A DNA stretch of 46,508 nt from positions 1 to 46,508 of IMG/VR virus record IMGVR_UViG_3300017448_000028; one strand, 5' to 3'. The notes beneath the pieces were generated by a model that was not told the DNA's origin, made no database searches, and saw only the letters and a program-made list of their open reading frames with translations. Source of the DNA: a virus. Lineage: Duplodnaviria > Caudoviricetes. A program made the position numbers and the translations under genes. Of this stretch, positions 15,154 through 25,633 are shown piece after piece (position 1 is the stretch's first letter; every line of letters starts with the position of its first letter).

Positions 15154-16703
15154 CCGCGATCCTCGACGCACCCACCACCGGCGACTTCGACCTCGACGCA
15201 TTCCTCGCCTCCGTCGACCCGGCCGAACTCGCCATCCCCGAATGCCGCAGGCTGCTGGCCAAATATTCGCCGCTCTGGTTCGCCGTGATCTACCTCCCGC
15301 ACCACCTCGCATCCAAGGAAACCCGCGACCAGATCAGCTTCTCCCGCTTCCACCTCGACCTGTGCGAATGGGCACTGCGCTGGTGCCTGCGCCAGCACGC
15401 CGAAGCCGCCGAACGCACCGCATGGGTCGCACCCCGCGGCTCCGGGAAATCCACGTGGGGATTCCTCATCCTGCCGATCTGGGCACTCGCCTACGCCCAC
15501 CGCCGCTACATCTCCGCGTTCGCCGACTCCGGCAACCAGGCGCAGCAGCACCTCATGTCGTTCAAGCTCGAGCTCGCCACGAACCAGCTGCTCCGCGAGG
15601 ACTTCCCCGACCTCGTTGCGCCGGCCACCCGCGGCGGCGTCACCGTCGCCGACCGCCAGGACATGTACATCGCCAAGTCCGGCGTCGCGTTCACTGCGAA
15701 GGGCATCGACTCCAGCACGCTCGGCGCGAAGATCGGCAACCAGCGCCCGGACCTGATCCTGTTCGATGACATCGAACCCGACGAAGCCAACTATTCGCCG
15801 TACCAGAAGGATCAGCGGCTCAAGACCGTGCTGCAGGCCGTTCTGCCGATGAACCTGAACGCGGTGGTCACGTTCCTCGGCACCACCACCATGGACGGCT
15901 CGATCATCCATGACCTCGTGCGCCAGGCGACGGACCCGGAGTCGCCGCCGTGGCCGCGCGAGGAGCGCATCCGCGTCCACTACTACGACGCCATCGTCCC
16001 CGGCGGGGACGGCGTCGAACGCTCCCTGTGGCCCGAACGCTGGCCGCTGGCGTTCCTGAAGTCGATCCGGCACACCGCGAGCTACAAGCTCAACTTCGAG
16101 AACCAGCCCGTCTCCGAGGGCTCATGGTGGAGCCCGGGCGACATCCACTACGACCGGCGCCCGCACTACGACCGCACCGTCATGGTCATCGACGGCGCCG
16201 TCACCGTGAAGAAAACCTCCGACGAAACCGGCATCTCCATCGTCGGCCTCGCACTCGCCGAGCGCCGCCTGTTCGTCCGCGAAGCCATCGGCGTCCGCCT
16301 CACCGGCGAACCCCGGCGCGCCAAGGTCATCGAACTGATCCTCGACTACGACGTCGACTACGTCATGGTCGAAGCCAACCAAGGCGGCGACCTCTGGTTC
16401 ACCGAGCTCAACAACCTCCCGGTGAAGATGACCACGTTCACGCAGAAGGAACCCAAGCCCGTCCGCATCAAACGGGCACTCGCCGCCTACCAGCGCCGCG
16501 GCGGCCGCGTCGCCCACGAAAAGCCCCTCGCGCAGCTCGAACGGCAGATGAAGGCCTACCCGAACGTCCTACACGAGGACGTCCTCGACGCCACCGCCGC
16601 AGCCCTCGAACACCTCGTCGCGATCATCTTCAAGTCCGCCGCCGCACGCAGTGACCGCGCCCTCGTCCACCAGCTCTCCTACCGGCAGAATCGAGGCGTC
16701 TGA
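15150..16703 (+). CDS. terL: Terminase large subunit
   Basis: Walker A APRGSGKST, Walker B LILFDDIE, nuclease D...SDETG, VEANQGG, HEDVLDA. Confidence 0.93.
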   Translation: MTAILDAPTTGDFDLDAFLASVDPAELAIPECRRLLAKYSPLWFAVIYLPHHLASKETRDQISFSRFHLDLCEWALRWCLRQHAEAAERTAWVAPRGSGKSTWGFLILPIWALAYAHRRYISAFADSGNQAQQHLMSFKLELATNQLLREDFPDLVAPATRGGVTVADRQDMYIAKSGVAFTAKGIDSSTLGAKIGNQRPDLILFDDIEPDEANYSPYQKDQRLKTVLQAVLPMNLNAVVTFLGTTTMDGSIIHDLVRQATDPESPPWPREERIRVHYYDAIVPGGDGVERSLWPERWPLAFLKSIRHTASYKLNFENQPVSEGSWWSPGDIHYDRRPHYDRTVMVIDGAVTVKKTSDETGISIVGLALAERRLFVREAIGVRLTGEPRRAKVIELILDYDVDYVMVEANQGGDLWFTELNNLPVKMTTFTQKEPKPVRIKRALAAYQRRGGRVAHEKPLAQLERQMKAYPNVLHEDVLDATAAALEHLVAIIFKSAAARSDRALVHQLSYRQNRGV

Positions 16704-18820
16704 TGCTGACGGGCGACTACACCGTACCGAGCTACGGACCATGGATCGACGTAGCCCCCAACACCGACATCGAGCTAGTCCTCTCCGAGGTCAGCGAAGC
16801 CCTCGAGGGCTACGAGCACGCCGAGGAATACGACTCGATCAACATTTGGGAGCGGTTCACCCTGTCCCGCGAGGGCAGGACCCTGCGGCAGGCCGACATC
16901 GAGTTCAACCCGAACCTGTGCTCGCCCGTGATCGACGCGGTCAACGACCGGCTCCTGATCACCTCCGTCGTCGCCAGTGCGGGCGCCGCAGCCGACGCGG
17001 CAGCGAGCGACACAGCGACCAACAAGCTCAACCAGCTCATCCGCGAGAACGAACTCGACACCCGCTACCGGTCCTGGAACCGCAAGACGCTGCGCGACGG
17101 CGACGGCTACATCATCGTCTGGCCAGACCAGCCCATCGCGCCGGGCGCCCAGCCGGAGCTCACCGGGAACATCGACGTCGAGGACGTCGCCACACCCCTC
17201 GGCATCAACATCACCTACGGCGACCCGCGGTACTGCCGCATGTTCTACGACCCGGACAACCCACGCCGCAAGATCTTCTTCGCGCAAATGTGGGAGCAGG
17301 CCGGCGACGACCAGAAGAAACGAATCAGGGTCAACCTGTTCTACCCGGACCGGGTCGAGAAGTGGATCGGCACCCCCGGCAGCAAGCAGAAGAAGGCCGC
17401 GGACTTCCAGCCGTTCATCGACCCCGACCAGGACGGCGACAACGACTACGCCGGATCCGGCGACGACCCCGACCACGATCCCGCGCCCGTATCGTCGTGG
17501 CCGATGCCCAACCCGTACGGCCAGGTCCCGGTGTTCCATCTGCGGACCGACGTCGACTACGGCAAGCCGGAGCACAGGAACGCATGGGCCGAGCAGGACG
17601 GCCTGTCGCAGACCGTCGAGATCCTGATGGTCACGTTGCAGTTCGCCGGGTATCCGCAGCGGTGGGCGATGCAGGAAGCCGACTCCCTCGGCAACCAGTC
17701 CGTCAGGGAAGACCCGTTCGCCGACCACTCGCCGGCCGACTGGGACCACGACTACGCCGAAGAGGCCCTGTCGACGACGACCGTGAACGCTGGTGCGATC
17801 TCGAACGAGACCGGCAGCGAGTGGGAAGCCAACCCGGGCTCGATGCAGCTGTTCAAGAACTTCAAGGCGGTCGGCCAGTTCCAGGTCACCAACCCGGACG
17901 TGCTGCTCGAGCCGCTGAAGCAGTTCGCGAACCTGATCTCCACCGCGACCAGCACGCCGCTGTGGAAGTTCGCCGGACTCGGCACCTCGATGCCGTCCGG
18001 CGAAGCCCTGAAGATCAGCGAGATGCCGCTGGTCCAGAAGTGCCGAGACAGGCAGGTTTTGCTGGCCGGCGCATGGCAGGCCGCGTACGAATTCGCCCTG
18101 AAGATCCTCGGCATCACCGCCGTCGTCACCGTGTCCTGGGCGAACCCGGCCACCAACGACCTAAAAGAGGTCTGGGACCTCGTCGAGCAGAAGGTCCAGC
18201 TCGGCGTCCCCCGCGACGTGGCGTTCATGCAGGCCGGTGTTCCCGAGGCGCAGGCGCAGGAGTGGGCGAACACCTACTCCACCATCTACGCGCAGGCCGA
18301 GTACCAGCAGGGCCGCGCGAAAATGTACGGGGCACAGGCGGACCTGCTGACGCAGCAGGCCATCGCCGCGAAGATCGCCAACGGCATGCCGGAGCTCACC
18401 GCCTGGGTCGAAGCCGGATACGACGAGGCCGAGGTCAACAGCTGGCTCACCGACAACGAGCAGCAGAACTCGCTGTCGCGCAAGATCGGCATGTTCGGGC
18501 AGATCACCGCCGGACTCCAGCAACTCGGGCTCGCGATCGGCATGGAAGTGATCAGCCAGGAAGGCGCCAACGCGATCGTCGTCCAACTGTTCGGCGACCT
18601 CCTGCCGGAGATCCCGCGCGCCATCCTCGAAGCCGAACCGGACGACGACGAACCCGACGACGACGCCGCGGCCGCCGGCCAGCCGGACGCCTACCAGCAG
18701 CTCCTCAACACCGACCCGACGCACCCCGAGGACGCCGGCTACAACATGCCCGCCGGCTTCGCACAGCAACTGCCGCCCGGCGCCGCACCGCCCGCGCCGA
18801 TCCCGATGGAAGACCGGTAG
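16703..18820 (+). CDS. Portal protein with long acidic C-terminal extension
   Basis: Position after TerL; NLCSPVIDAVNDRL, NPYGQVPVFHL, PSGEALKISE (SPP1 gp6-like pattern). Confidence 0.88.
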   Translation: MLTGDYTVPSYGPWIDVAPNTDIELVLSEVSEALEGYEHAEEYDSINIWERFTLSREGRTLRQADIEFNPNLCSPVIDAVNDRLLITSVVASAGAAADAAASDTATNKLNQLIRENELDTRYRSWNRKTLRDGDGYIIVWPDQPIAPGAQPELTGNIDVEDVATPLGINITYGDPRYCRMFYDPDNPRRKIFFAQMWEQAGDDQKKRIRVNLFYPDRVEKWIGTPGSKQKKAADFQPFIDPDQDGDNDYAGSGDDPDHDPAPVSSWPMPNPYGQVPVFHLRTDVDYGKPEHRNAWAEQDGLSQTVEILMVTLQFAGYPQRWAMQEADSLGNQSVREDPFADHSPADWDHDYAEEALSTTTVNAGAISNETGSEWEANPGSMQLFKNFKAVGQFQVTNPDVLLEPLKQFANLISTATSTPLWKFAGLGTSMPSGEALKISEMPLVQKCRDRQVLLAGAWQAAYEFALKILGITAVVTVSWANPATNDLKEVWDLVEQKVQLGVPRDVAFMQAGVPEAQAQEWANTYSTIYAQAEYQQGRAKMYGAQADLLTQQAIAAKIANGMPELTAWVEAGYDEAEVNSWLTDNEQQNSLSRKIGMFGQITAGLQQLGLAIGMEVISQEGANAIVVQLFGDLLPEIPRAILEAEPDDDEPDDDAAAAGQPDAYQQLLNTDPTHPEDAGYNMPAGFAQQLPPGAAPPAPIPMEDR

Positions 18821-18823
18821 CCG

Positions 18824-19975
18824 ATGGCCGCCACCATCCTGGATACCCGCGACCAGGTCGACGCCGAGGCGCTCGCCCTGGAGATGGCCAGCGCCCGCAA
18901 CGTCACCCGCCAGTTGCGGAAGGCGGCAGCGCGGCTGATCGCGCTCGCACTGACCGAGGCCGCGAAGGCCAAGCTGGCCAGCGGCGCCCAGCTGACCCCG
19001 GCACAGCAGCAGACGGCGCGCACCACCCTGAACACAGCCATCGCCGCACTGTCGGTGGACGTCGCCGCACAAACCACCACAGCCATCGCCGCGGGCATCG
19101 CCCTGGCACTGCGGCAGGAGAAGACGCTCCTGCCGCAACTCGACCTCACCCCGGCCGACGTCCGCGCCGCACTCGACGACCCCGTACTCACCGACGCCGG
19201 GAACGCCACGACGCAGGTCCTCGAGGACGCGATCGGCGCCGTCGAACAGGCCGCAGCCGGCCCGCTGGACACCGCCGCCAGCCTCGAGGCACTCGCCGCC
19301 CGCGCCGGTGGCGTCGCGCCGCGCGTCGAACGACAGGTGCGATACCTCACGAACCGGTCGATCAACCAGACCACCGTGCAAATCGTGCTGCTCGCCCCCA
19401 CCCAGCCGGAGCCCGCCGACGCCATCCCGCCGGCCACACGCACGCCGATGGGACCGCAGCCGCAAGACGAGATCCCGCCCGGCCCGGCCGAGCCGCCGAT
19501 CTCCGCGAACAACCGGTCGCCCCTGCTCGACAACGGGCTGCGCGTCGTCTGGGTCGCCGAACGCGACGCCTGCCTCGTGTGCCTCGCGCTCGCCGGCCGC
19601 TCCATCGACCCCAACTCGGGCGCCGGCTTCGACGAGGAGGCCACGTTCGGCAAGCCCGGGTCCGCGCCCGCAGTGTGGCCGCTCGGCATGCCGCTGATGT
19701 CGCCGCCGCGCCACCCGAACTGCCGGTGCAGGCTGCGGGTCATCTCCGCGACCAACACGATGGTTCCCGAGGCGCTGCGGCGTGAGGCCGAGCGCACGGT
19801 GGCGCGCGGCTGGTCGAACCATGCCTCCCGCGTCCAGCGCCTGTCCGCCGCGGATCGGCTCGTGGCCGCGCCGAACCGGCTGCCGATGACCGTGAACGAG
19901 CGCGCCCGCACGGACGTCGGGCGCGGCGAGTTCTCCACCCGACACCGCCCGCGTACCGGGCTGCGCGTCGGATAG
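18824..19975 (+). CDS. MuF-like minor head / head morphogenesis protein
   Basis: W...DACLVC...PPRHPNCRCRL. Confidence 0.8.
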   Translation: MAATILDTRDQVDAEALALEMASARNVTRQLRKAAARLIALALTEAAKAKLASGAQLTPAQQQTARTTLNTAIAALSVDVAAQTTTAIAAGIALALRQEKTLLPQLDLTPADVRAALDDPVLTDAGNATTQVLEDAIGAVEQAAAGPLDTAASLEALAARAGGVAPRVERQVRYLTNRSINQTTVQIVLLAPTQPEPADAIPPATRTPMGPQPQDEIPPGPAEPPISANNRSPLLDNGLRVVWVAERDACLVCLALAGRSIDPNSGAGFDEEATFGKPGSAPAVWPLGMPLMSPPRHPNCRCRLRVISATNTMVPEALRREAERTVARGWSNHASRVQRLSAADRLVAAPNRLPMTVNERARTDVGRGEFSTRHRPRTGLRVG

Positions 19976-19996
19976 CCCTCAACCCGAAGGAGCACC

Positions 19997-20650
19997 ATGG
20001 CCGACCAGACAGCCACCCCCCCCGCTGCGGCAGCCGCAGCCGAGGGCGGCGAAGGAGATCCGCTCGACGCGCTCGATCAGGCACTCGCCGACGACCCCGC
20101 CGAGGGAAGTGGCGAGCCCGCGGAGTGGAAGGCGCCGACTCAGGCGGAGTGGGAAGCGGATCAGGCCGCGCACAAGAAGGCGCTCGAGACCGAGCAGGGC
20201 AAGCTTAAGCGCGCCCGCGACCAGGCGAAGCGGCTGCGCGAAGGCAAGAGTGCCGACCCGGCCGATCCCGCCGAGGAAGGCGCCCCGGCGCCCGCGCCGG
20301 ATCCGAAGCTTGCCGTGTGGCAGCGGCGCGCCGTGCGCACGGCGGCCGAGGCCGCGCTCAAGGACCGCGGGGCGCGCCCGGAGTTCGCGAAGCTGGCGTT
20401 GAACGAGCTGAACGCGGCCGAGGTCGAGTTCGATCGCAACGACGAGCCCGAGCTCGATGAGTGGCTCGACGAGATGGAGGAGCGTTACCCGGCGCTGTTC
20501 GTCAAGGAGGAGGCCCCGGCCGCGGCTGGCCGTCAGGCGATGGGCGGTGTGGATCAGGGCCGGGCCGCGAAGGGCGCGGGTACGGCGAAGAAGAAGAGCT
20601 TCGGCGAGCAGGTGCTGGAGAACTCGCGGCGGGCCCGCGCTGGCCGGTAG
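19997..20650 (+). CDS. Scaffolding protein
   Basis: Acidic coiled coil, YPALF motif, position before the capsid gene, RBS AAGGAG. Confidence 0.8.
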   Translation: MADQTATPPAAAAAAEGGEGDPLDALDQALADDPAEGSGEPAEWKAPTQAEWEADQAAHKKALETEQGKLKRARDQAKRLREGKSADPADPAEEGAPAPAPDPKLAVWQRRAVRTAAEAALKDRGARPEFAKLALNELNAAEVEFDRNDEPELDEWLDEMEERYPALFVKEEAPAAAGRQAMGGVDQGRAAKGAGTAKKKSFGEQVLENSRRARAGR

Positions 20651-20659
20651 GCGCGGGGG

Positions 20660-20688
20660 TCGCACAACTGTTCGATCTGGCGTATCAT
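20660..20688 (+). promoter_or_regulatory. LexA-box-like operator and -10 upstream of the major capsid gene
   Basis: TCGCAC-AACT-GTTCGA, then TATCAT at 20683. Confidence 0.55.
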
Positions 20689-20852
20689 CCGAATGATCGC
20701 TGAGCCAGAGCGCCCGGCGGTCACCGCCGCCAGGGTGCGGCCCACAACTTAAAGCACGACACCGTGCGCTTGGCAGAGTCCGGCCGGTTCCAGATCTCCT
20801 GGCACCGGCCGTCGCCGTTCCAGGAGTCCAAAACTCCCGGAAGGTGCCCCCA

Positions 20853-21794
20853 GTGGCAGTGTCAGACTTCTCCGCCTGGACCCCAATCGTGTGGGATGAC
20901 CAGGCCGTCAACGAGGAGATGCAGCCCTCGGCGATGTACCAGTCCGCCCGGCTGATGAACATGACCTCCTCGAGCTACGAGATTCCGCGGTTCACCGACG
21001 CGGATGTCAACGGCGGCAGCACGCTGACCGACGACACGAACAGCGCCGACGAGATCATGCTGTACAGCTACCAGTTCAACGGCAAGTTCACCCTCGACGA
21101 GGCGCAGGTTGAGGACTCCGCGGCGGACGTCATCGAGTCGACCTCGTTCGAGTGGCTCAACTCCCTGCGCATCAGCTACGACAACGCGTGCTTCGGCGTG
21201 TCGGCCGCGCGATCGACCACGGTGGGGAACTTCCAGCCGTTCAACTCGATCTACTACGCGGTCACGAACAACGACTCCGACGTCGGCTACACCGCGAACA
21301 CGAACTACACCAACACCGGTACCGCGGGTCTGACGTACGCCACCCTGAACGAGGGGCTCGGCCTCGCCGAGGACACCACGTTCTGGAACGAGTCGAACGG
21401 CATCGCGATCATCCACCCGCGGCTGAAGAAGGCGCTGCGCGGAATCCTGGACCTCAACGGTCGGCCGATCCTGACCGAGTCCACCGGCGGTTTCCCCGGT
21501 GGTGGTGCGAGCCTGCCGGAGTTCATGGGCTACCCGGCCGTGTACTCCCGTGGCGCGATCGTCACCTCGAACTTCCAGGGCGCCCGCGGCAAGGCCGGCG
21601 CCGCAGTCGGCAACCCGCTGATCATCTTCGCGAACCCCAAGATGATGGTCCGCGGCTCCCGCATCGAACCGCAGTCGCAGTTCATCAACGCGAACATCAA
21701 CGTCAACGCCCTGGAGCACACCCTCCAGTGCCGTGCCCGCCTCGGATTCGCCGCCACGATCCCGCAGGCGTTCTCCGTCATCGAGGTCGCCTGA
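20853..21794 (+). CDS. Major capsid protein (HK97 fold)
   Basis: HPRLKKALRGILDLNGRPI, FMGYPAVYS, RARLGFAATIPQAF; position. Confidence 0.88.
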   Translation: MAVSDFSAWTPIVWDDQAVNEEMQPSAMYQSARLMNMTSSSYEIPRFTDADVNGGSTLTDDTNSADEIMLYSYQFNGKFTLDEAQVEDSAADVIESTSFEWLNSLRISYDNACFGVSAARSTTVGNFQPFNSIYYAVTNNDSDVGYTANTNYTNTGTAGLTYATLNEGLGLAEDTTFWNESNGIAIIHPRLKKALRGILDLNGRPILTESTGGFPGGGASLPEFMGYPAVYSRGAIVTSNFQGARGKAGAAVGNPLIIFANPKMMVRGSRIEPQSQFINANINVNALEHTLQCRARLGFAATIPQAFSVIEVA

Positions 21795-21807
21795 TCCACC
21801 TGACCGT

Positions 21808-21838
21808 GGGCGGCGTCAACGAGGGCTGACGCCGCCCG
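21808..21838 (+). terminator. Hairpin after the capsid gene
   Basis: GGGCGGCGTCA...TGACGCCGCCC inverted repeat. Confidence 0.6.
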
Positions 21839-21864
21839 CAACCACTCGATGGGAGGTGAACGCC

Positions 21865-22668
21865 ATGACCGCTGCGACCGTGACCGGGACGCTGGTGAAC
21901 CCGGCCGAAGGCGCGCTCGCGTCCGCGACCGTGGCGTTCACCCTCGTCGACTTCAACGACCAGCCGGCCGCCGGCTTCGACGCGACGGACCTGGCCGAGA
22001 CGATCGACACCGCGACCGTCACCCCGGACTCCGTCACGGGCGCCTGGTCGCTCGCGCTGACGCCGAACGCGCAGATCACCCTGTTCGACGGCTCCGGCGA
22101 CTCCGCGTACCGGGTCGTCGAGTCCTCGGCCGGCGCATCGTCGACCTACTGGATCGTCGTCACCGCCAACGCGGACCCGGTGTGGGTCGGGACCTTGCGC
22201 ACTGCGGCGGTGTCGCCGGGTGTGCCGTCGCAGCTGCCGGGGACCTGGTGCTCGCTGACGGACGTGACCACCTACACCGGGTCGACCGACGTCGTCCAGA
22301 CTGACCTGAACGTGGCGCAGGTCATCCTCGAGGGCACGATTCACCGGATCTGGCGCGTCACCGACGTGGAGAAGCGGGACATCTACTGGCTGTCGCGGGC
22401 GACCGCGTTCCAGGCGCTGTACGTGCATGCGCATCCGGAGCTCCTGACGATGATGGACGTCCAGTCGATCTCCCAGGACGGGCTGTCGATCACGTTCCGG
22501 CAGGGCACGCAGACGCTGCCGATCATCGGGCCGATGGCGAAGCGGATCCTCGACGCGCTGTTCCGCGGGTCGAACACGACGGTGCGGCTCAACTCGGCGT
22601 TCCAGAAGAACCGGATGGTGCGCGCGGGTGTCGGTTCGGGCGGTTCGAGCCCTTGGAGCCCGATGTGA
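21865..22668 (+). CDS. Head-to-tail adaptor with N-terminal beta-rich domain
   Basis: RBS GGAGGTG; WCSLTDVTTYTG...LSRATAFQA...SISQDGLSITF; position. Confidence 0.65.
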   Translation: MTAATVTGTLVNPAEGALASATVAFTLVDFNDQPAAGFDATDLAETIDTATVTPDSVTGAWSLALTPNAQITLFDGSGDSAYRVVESSAGASSTYWIVVTANADPVWVGTLRTAAVSPGVPSQLPGTWCSLTDVTTYTGSTDVVQTDLNVAQVILEGTIHRIWRVTDVEKRDIYWLSRATAFQALYVHAHPELLTMMDVQSISQDGLSITFRQGTQTLPIIGPMAKRILDALFRGSNTTVRLNSAFQKNRMVRAGVGSGGSSPWSPM

Positions 22669-22991
22669 TCGCCACCGCCACCACGACGATCGCGATCCTG
22701 CGCGGCCAGGGCACCAACGACTTCGGCGACGTCGTCGACCTGCCGAACGTCGTCATGGCCGGAGTCCCCGCGTCGATCATCGAACGGTCGCAGCGCGTCC
22801 ACGGCCCGAAGGACTCCGAGGACCGCATCATCCGGATCTACAAGCTGCGGGTCGCCCGCGGCACCGGGGTCCAGAAGGACGACCGGGTCCGCGACTCGGC
22901 CGGCCGGGTGTTCATCGTCGACAACGTGTATCAGCAGTCGAATCCGTTCTGGCCGCAAGACCAGTCCGCCGACCTGTCCCTGACGAGCTGA
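22665..22991 (+). CDS. Head-to-tail stopper
   Basis: Size, position, DFGDVVD...DDRVRD. Confidence 0.6.
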   Translation: MIATATTTIAILRGQGTNDFGDVVDLPNVVMAGVPASIIERSQRVHGPKDSEDRIIRIYKLRVARGTGVQKDDRVRDSAGRVFIVDNVYQQSNPFWPQDQSADLSLTS

Positions 22992-23001
22992 GGAGCAAGT
23001 C

Positions 23002-23202
23002 ATGGCCAAACTCACCGCCGCGCAGCGCAAGAAGCTCGCCCCGAGCCAGTTCGGGCTTCCCGCGACGCAGCAGTACCCGATCAACACGGCCTCTCGGGCG
23101 CGCACCGCGCTCGGCCGGGCCAAGACGAACGCGACCCCGCTCCAGCAGAAGCAGATCAAGGCGCGGGTCAAGAAGAAGTACCCGAAGATGCACGTCTCCT
23201 GA
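23002..23202 (+). CDS. Small basic protein (DUF6582-like)
   Basis: LTAAQRKKL..SQFGLP...YPI....ARTALGR; RBS AGGAG. Confidence 0.65.
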   Translation: MAKLTAAQRKKLAPSQFGLPATQQYPINTASRARTALGRAKTNATPLQQKQIKARVKKKYPKMHVS

Positions 23203-23357
23203 CCGACCCGTCAGGAACGCGGCACACGGCCGGGCAGACCGGCCGCCGCACCCAGCACTATCACCGGCCCGCAGAGGACGGAGAGGACCATGACGCGCAC
23301 ACGCACGACCGCACACGCCGCGCTGGCCTCTCCTGCCGTCCGCTTGGACGGTGCCGC

Positions 23358-23618
23358 ATGAGCTTCCTGGCCCACGTCCTCGGCATCGACAACCTGAGCG
23401 GCCCCTGGTACGGCTTCTGGTCGGGGATCTTCGGGGACGCCTCGATCCTCGCGATGCCCGCGCTCCTGCTGCGCCGCCACAACTGCCACGTCAAGGGCTG
23501 CCCGCGGATCGGCCGCCACCCGGTCGACGGCACCACGTGGACGGTATGCCGTCGCCACCACCCCGACGACCACCCGACCGCACAGGACGTGCTCGGAGGT
23601 GGCGACGATGCCCACTGA
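23358..23618 (+). CDS. Small membrane protein with Cys/His C-terminus
   Basis: WYGFWSGIFGD hydrophobic segment; HNCHVKGCPRIGRH...CRRHHP. Confidence 0.65.
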   Translation: MSFLAHVLGIDNLSGPWYGFWSGIFGDASILAMPALLLRRHNCHVKGCPRIGRHPVDGTTWTVCRRHHPDDHPTAQDVLGGGDDAH

Positions 23619-24069
23619 CACTCTCAAGCACGCCAACAACGAGCTCGTGGCCGTCGCGTTCCTCCAGGCGATCCTCGGCCAGACCGGCGGCGTGGGCGCA
23701 CGGCTGCCCGGCGACACCGCGTCGTGGGCGACCACCGGGTTCGTGCAGATCGGCGTCGTCGGCGGGTCCCCGAACGTCTACGGTCCGCTGCGCCGCCCGG
23801 TGATCGAGGTCAAGGCCACGGCCATCGCACCGGCCAGCAAGCAGCCCCCCTGGTACCAGGCCAACGACCTGGCCGAGCGGATCCTGGCCGGCTGCTACGA
23901 CGCCTATCAGGCGCCGGTCCAGACGATCCTGCCGCCCGGGTTCGAGAACGCGTTCGTGCAGTCCGCGTACGCCCTGACCGAGGCGCGTCGTCTCGGCGGC
24001 GACGATTCGAACATCGCCCGCTACACGTTCGACCTGCAACTCAACTGGGTCCCGGCAGGTGGCGCATGA
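23608..24069 (+). CDS. Tail terminator-like protein
   Basis: RBS GGAGGTG; position; ARYTFDLQL. Confidence 0.65.
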   Translation: MPTDTLKHANNELVAVAFLQAILGQTGGVGARLPGDTASWATTGFVQIGVVGGSPNVYGPLRRPVIEVKATAIAPASKQPPWYQANDLAERILAGCYDAYQAPVQTILPPGFENAFVQSAYALTEARRLGGDDSNIARYTFDLQLNWVPAGGA

Positions 24070-24467
24070 CCGAGATGCGGATCGTGATGGATCCGGACTG
24101 GCTCGGGCATCTCCGCGAGGCCGAGCAGGTGTTCCTTGATGAGCGGCTCGGCCCGGACATCACGGCGGACGCCAAGCGGTACTGCCCGGTCGACACCGGC
24201 CGGTTGCAGGCTGCGATCGACTTCCAGGTGCTCGGCGGCGCCGGGTCGGTACCCGAGTTGCAGGTGGCGCCGTTCCCAGACGAGGACGGGCCGATCGAGT
24301 ACGCGATGGCGGTCGAGTTCGGCTACCACGGCCTTGAGGTGGTCCGCGAGCACATGGCGCACTCCAGCAAGGGCCGCGAGTTCGTGGTCCGCGAGCACAC
24401 CCGGCACGGCAATTCACCGGAGCAGCGGTATCTGCGGCCCGCCCTCTACCAGGAGCGATACGAGTGA
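24066..24467 (+). CDS. HK97 gp10-like neck protein
   Basis: AKRYCPVDTGRLQAAI...YAMAVEFG...RYLRPAL. Confidence 0.8.
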   Translation: MTEMRIVMDPDWLGHLREAEQVFLDERLGPDITADAKRYCPVDTGRLQAAIDFQVLGGAGSVPELQVAPFPDEDGPIEYAMAVEFGYHGLEVVREHMAHSSKGREFVVREHTRHGNSPEQRYLRPALYQERYE

Positions 24468-24688
24468 CAGTCAAGGTTCGCACGCGTTTCCAGCCGTGCC
24501 ACGAGATCGAGGTCGACGAAGCCGAGGCCGCGGTGCTCAAGCACCAGGGGCATCTCTGGGCCGGCACCGACGCCGAGCTCGCCGAGCTCCTCGAAGAGGC
24601 AGGACTCGGCGCCCCCCCGGCGTCGGAGAAGAAGACCAGCGCCGGGCCGACGGCCGCGGCCGAGACGAAGAAGGAGACGCAGCCGTGA
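24464..24688 (+). CDS. Hypothetical protein
   Basis: GTGA coupling on both sides. Confidence 0.65.
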   Translation: MTVKVRTRFQPCHEIEVDEAEAAVLKHQGHLWAGTDAELAELLEEAGLGAPPASEKKTSAGPTAAAETKKETQP

Positions 24689-25038
24689 CGCGCCAGTCGC
24701 TCACCCCGCAGCCGTGCACCAAGACGACGCTGCTCAACCCGACCTACGCATCCCTGTCCGCGGTGACCGGGATCGAGTGGCAGAACACCGGCAAGGAGGT
24801 CCTCGCGATCATCAACGGTTCGACCGCCTCGACCGCGACGATCAACCTCGCATCCACCGTCGAAGGCCAGACCGTGACGCCGTTCACCGCCGCGCTCCCG
24901 ACCTCCAACACGGCCCCGCAGTTCCTCGGCCCGTTCAACCCGTCGCACTACAACAACCCCGACGGCAACATCTACATCGACCTGAGCAGCATCACGGGCG
25001 TCACCGTGGCCGTGCTCCAGATCCCGGGAGTGTACTGA
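24685..25038 (+). CDS. Hypothetical virion-associated protein
   Basis: RBS AAGGAG; NTGKEVLAIING...GPF....YN beta-rich pattern. Confidence 0.65.
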   Translation: MTRQSLTPQPCTKTTLLNPTYASLSAVTGIEWQNTGKEVLAIINGSTASTATINLASTVEGQTVTPFTAALPTSNTAPQFLGPFNPSHYNNPDGNIYIDLSSITGVTVAVLQIPGVY

Positions 25039-25039
25039 G

Positions 25040-25633
25040 ATGTCCCCCACCCTCGTAGCCAACAACACCGTCCGGGGCCCGGCGAACATCTGGGTCGGCA
25101 GCTTCGGCGTCACCGAGCCCGCGCAGACCAACGCCGCGCTGATCGCGGACCCGTCGACCGGCTGGACCTCCATCGGCCTGACCACGGGCGGTTGCACCTG
25201 GGACGACGACCAGACCGTCTCGGACACCGAGGCGGACCAGGTCATCGACTCCATCGGCGGCCGCGTCACCAAGCGCAAGACCATGGTCACCTTCAACATG
25301 GAAGAGCCGACCTTGGCCAGGCTCGCGATCGCGCTGAATAACTTCGGCACCGTCTCCACCCCCGGCAGTGGGGTGAGCCTGTACGACCCGGGGCAGTTCA
25401 CCGCAGGGTCGATCCCGGCGTACACCGCGATCCTGGTCGACGGCTGGGCGCCGCAGATCTCCGGTGGTGGTGCGGCCCGGCGGCGGGCGATCTTCCGCAA
25501 GGTGCTGAACACCAGTTCGAAGGTCGAGATGGTCGCCGACCCGACGAAGGACGCCGTATGGGCGTTCTCGGGTCAGTGCTACTTCGTGTCCTCCTCGATC
25601 AGCCCGTACATCGTGATGGACCAGACCGCATGA
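25040..25633 (+). CDS. Major tail (tube) protein
   Basis: GPANIWVG...WTSIGLTTGG...DQV; position before the chaperones. Confidence 0.82.
   Translation: MSPTLVANNTVRGPANIWVGSFGVTEPAQTNAALIADPSTGWTSIGLTTGGCTWDDDQTVSDTEADQVIDSIGGRVTKRKTMVTFNMEEPTLARLAIALNNFGTVSTPGSGVSLYDPGQFTAGSIPAYTAILVDGWAPQISGGGAARRRAIFRKVLNTSSKVEMVADPTKDAVWAFSGQCYFVSSSISPYIVMDQTA

Noticed and set aside
16651-19785. 1044-aa ORF and other long alternative-frame or antisense ORFs (e.g. 25599-27872, 44248-46473, 18161-19945)
   Set aside because: Arg/Pro/Gly-rich shadow frames of high-GC3 genes; they overlap well-supported genes and carry no motifs
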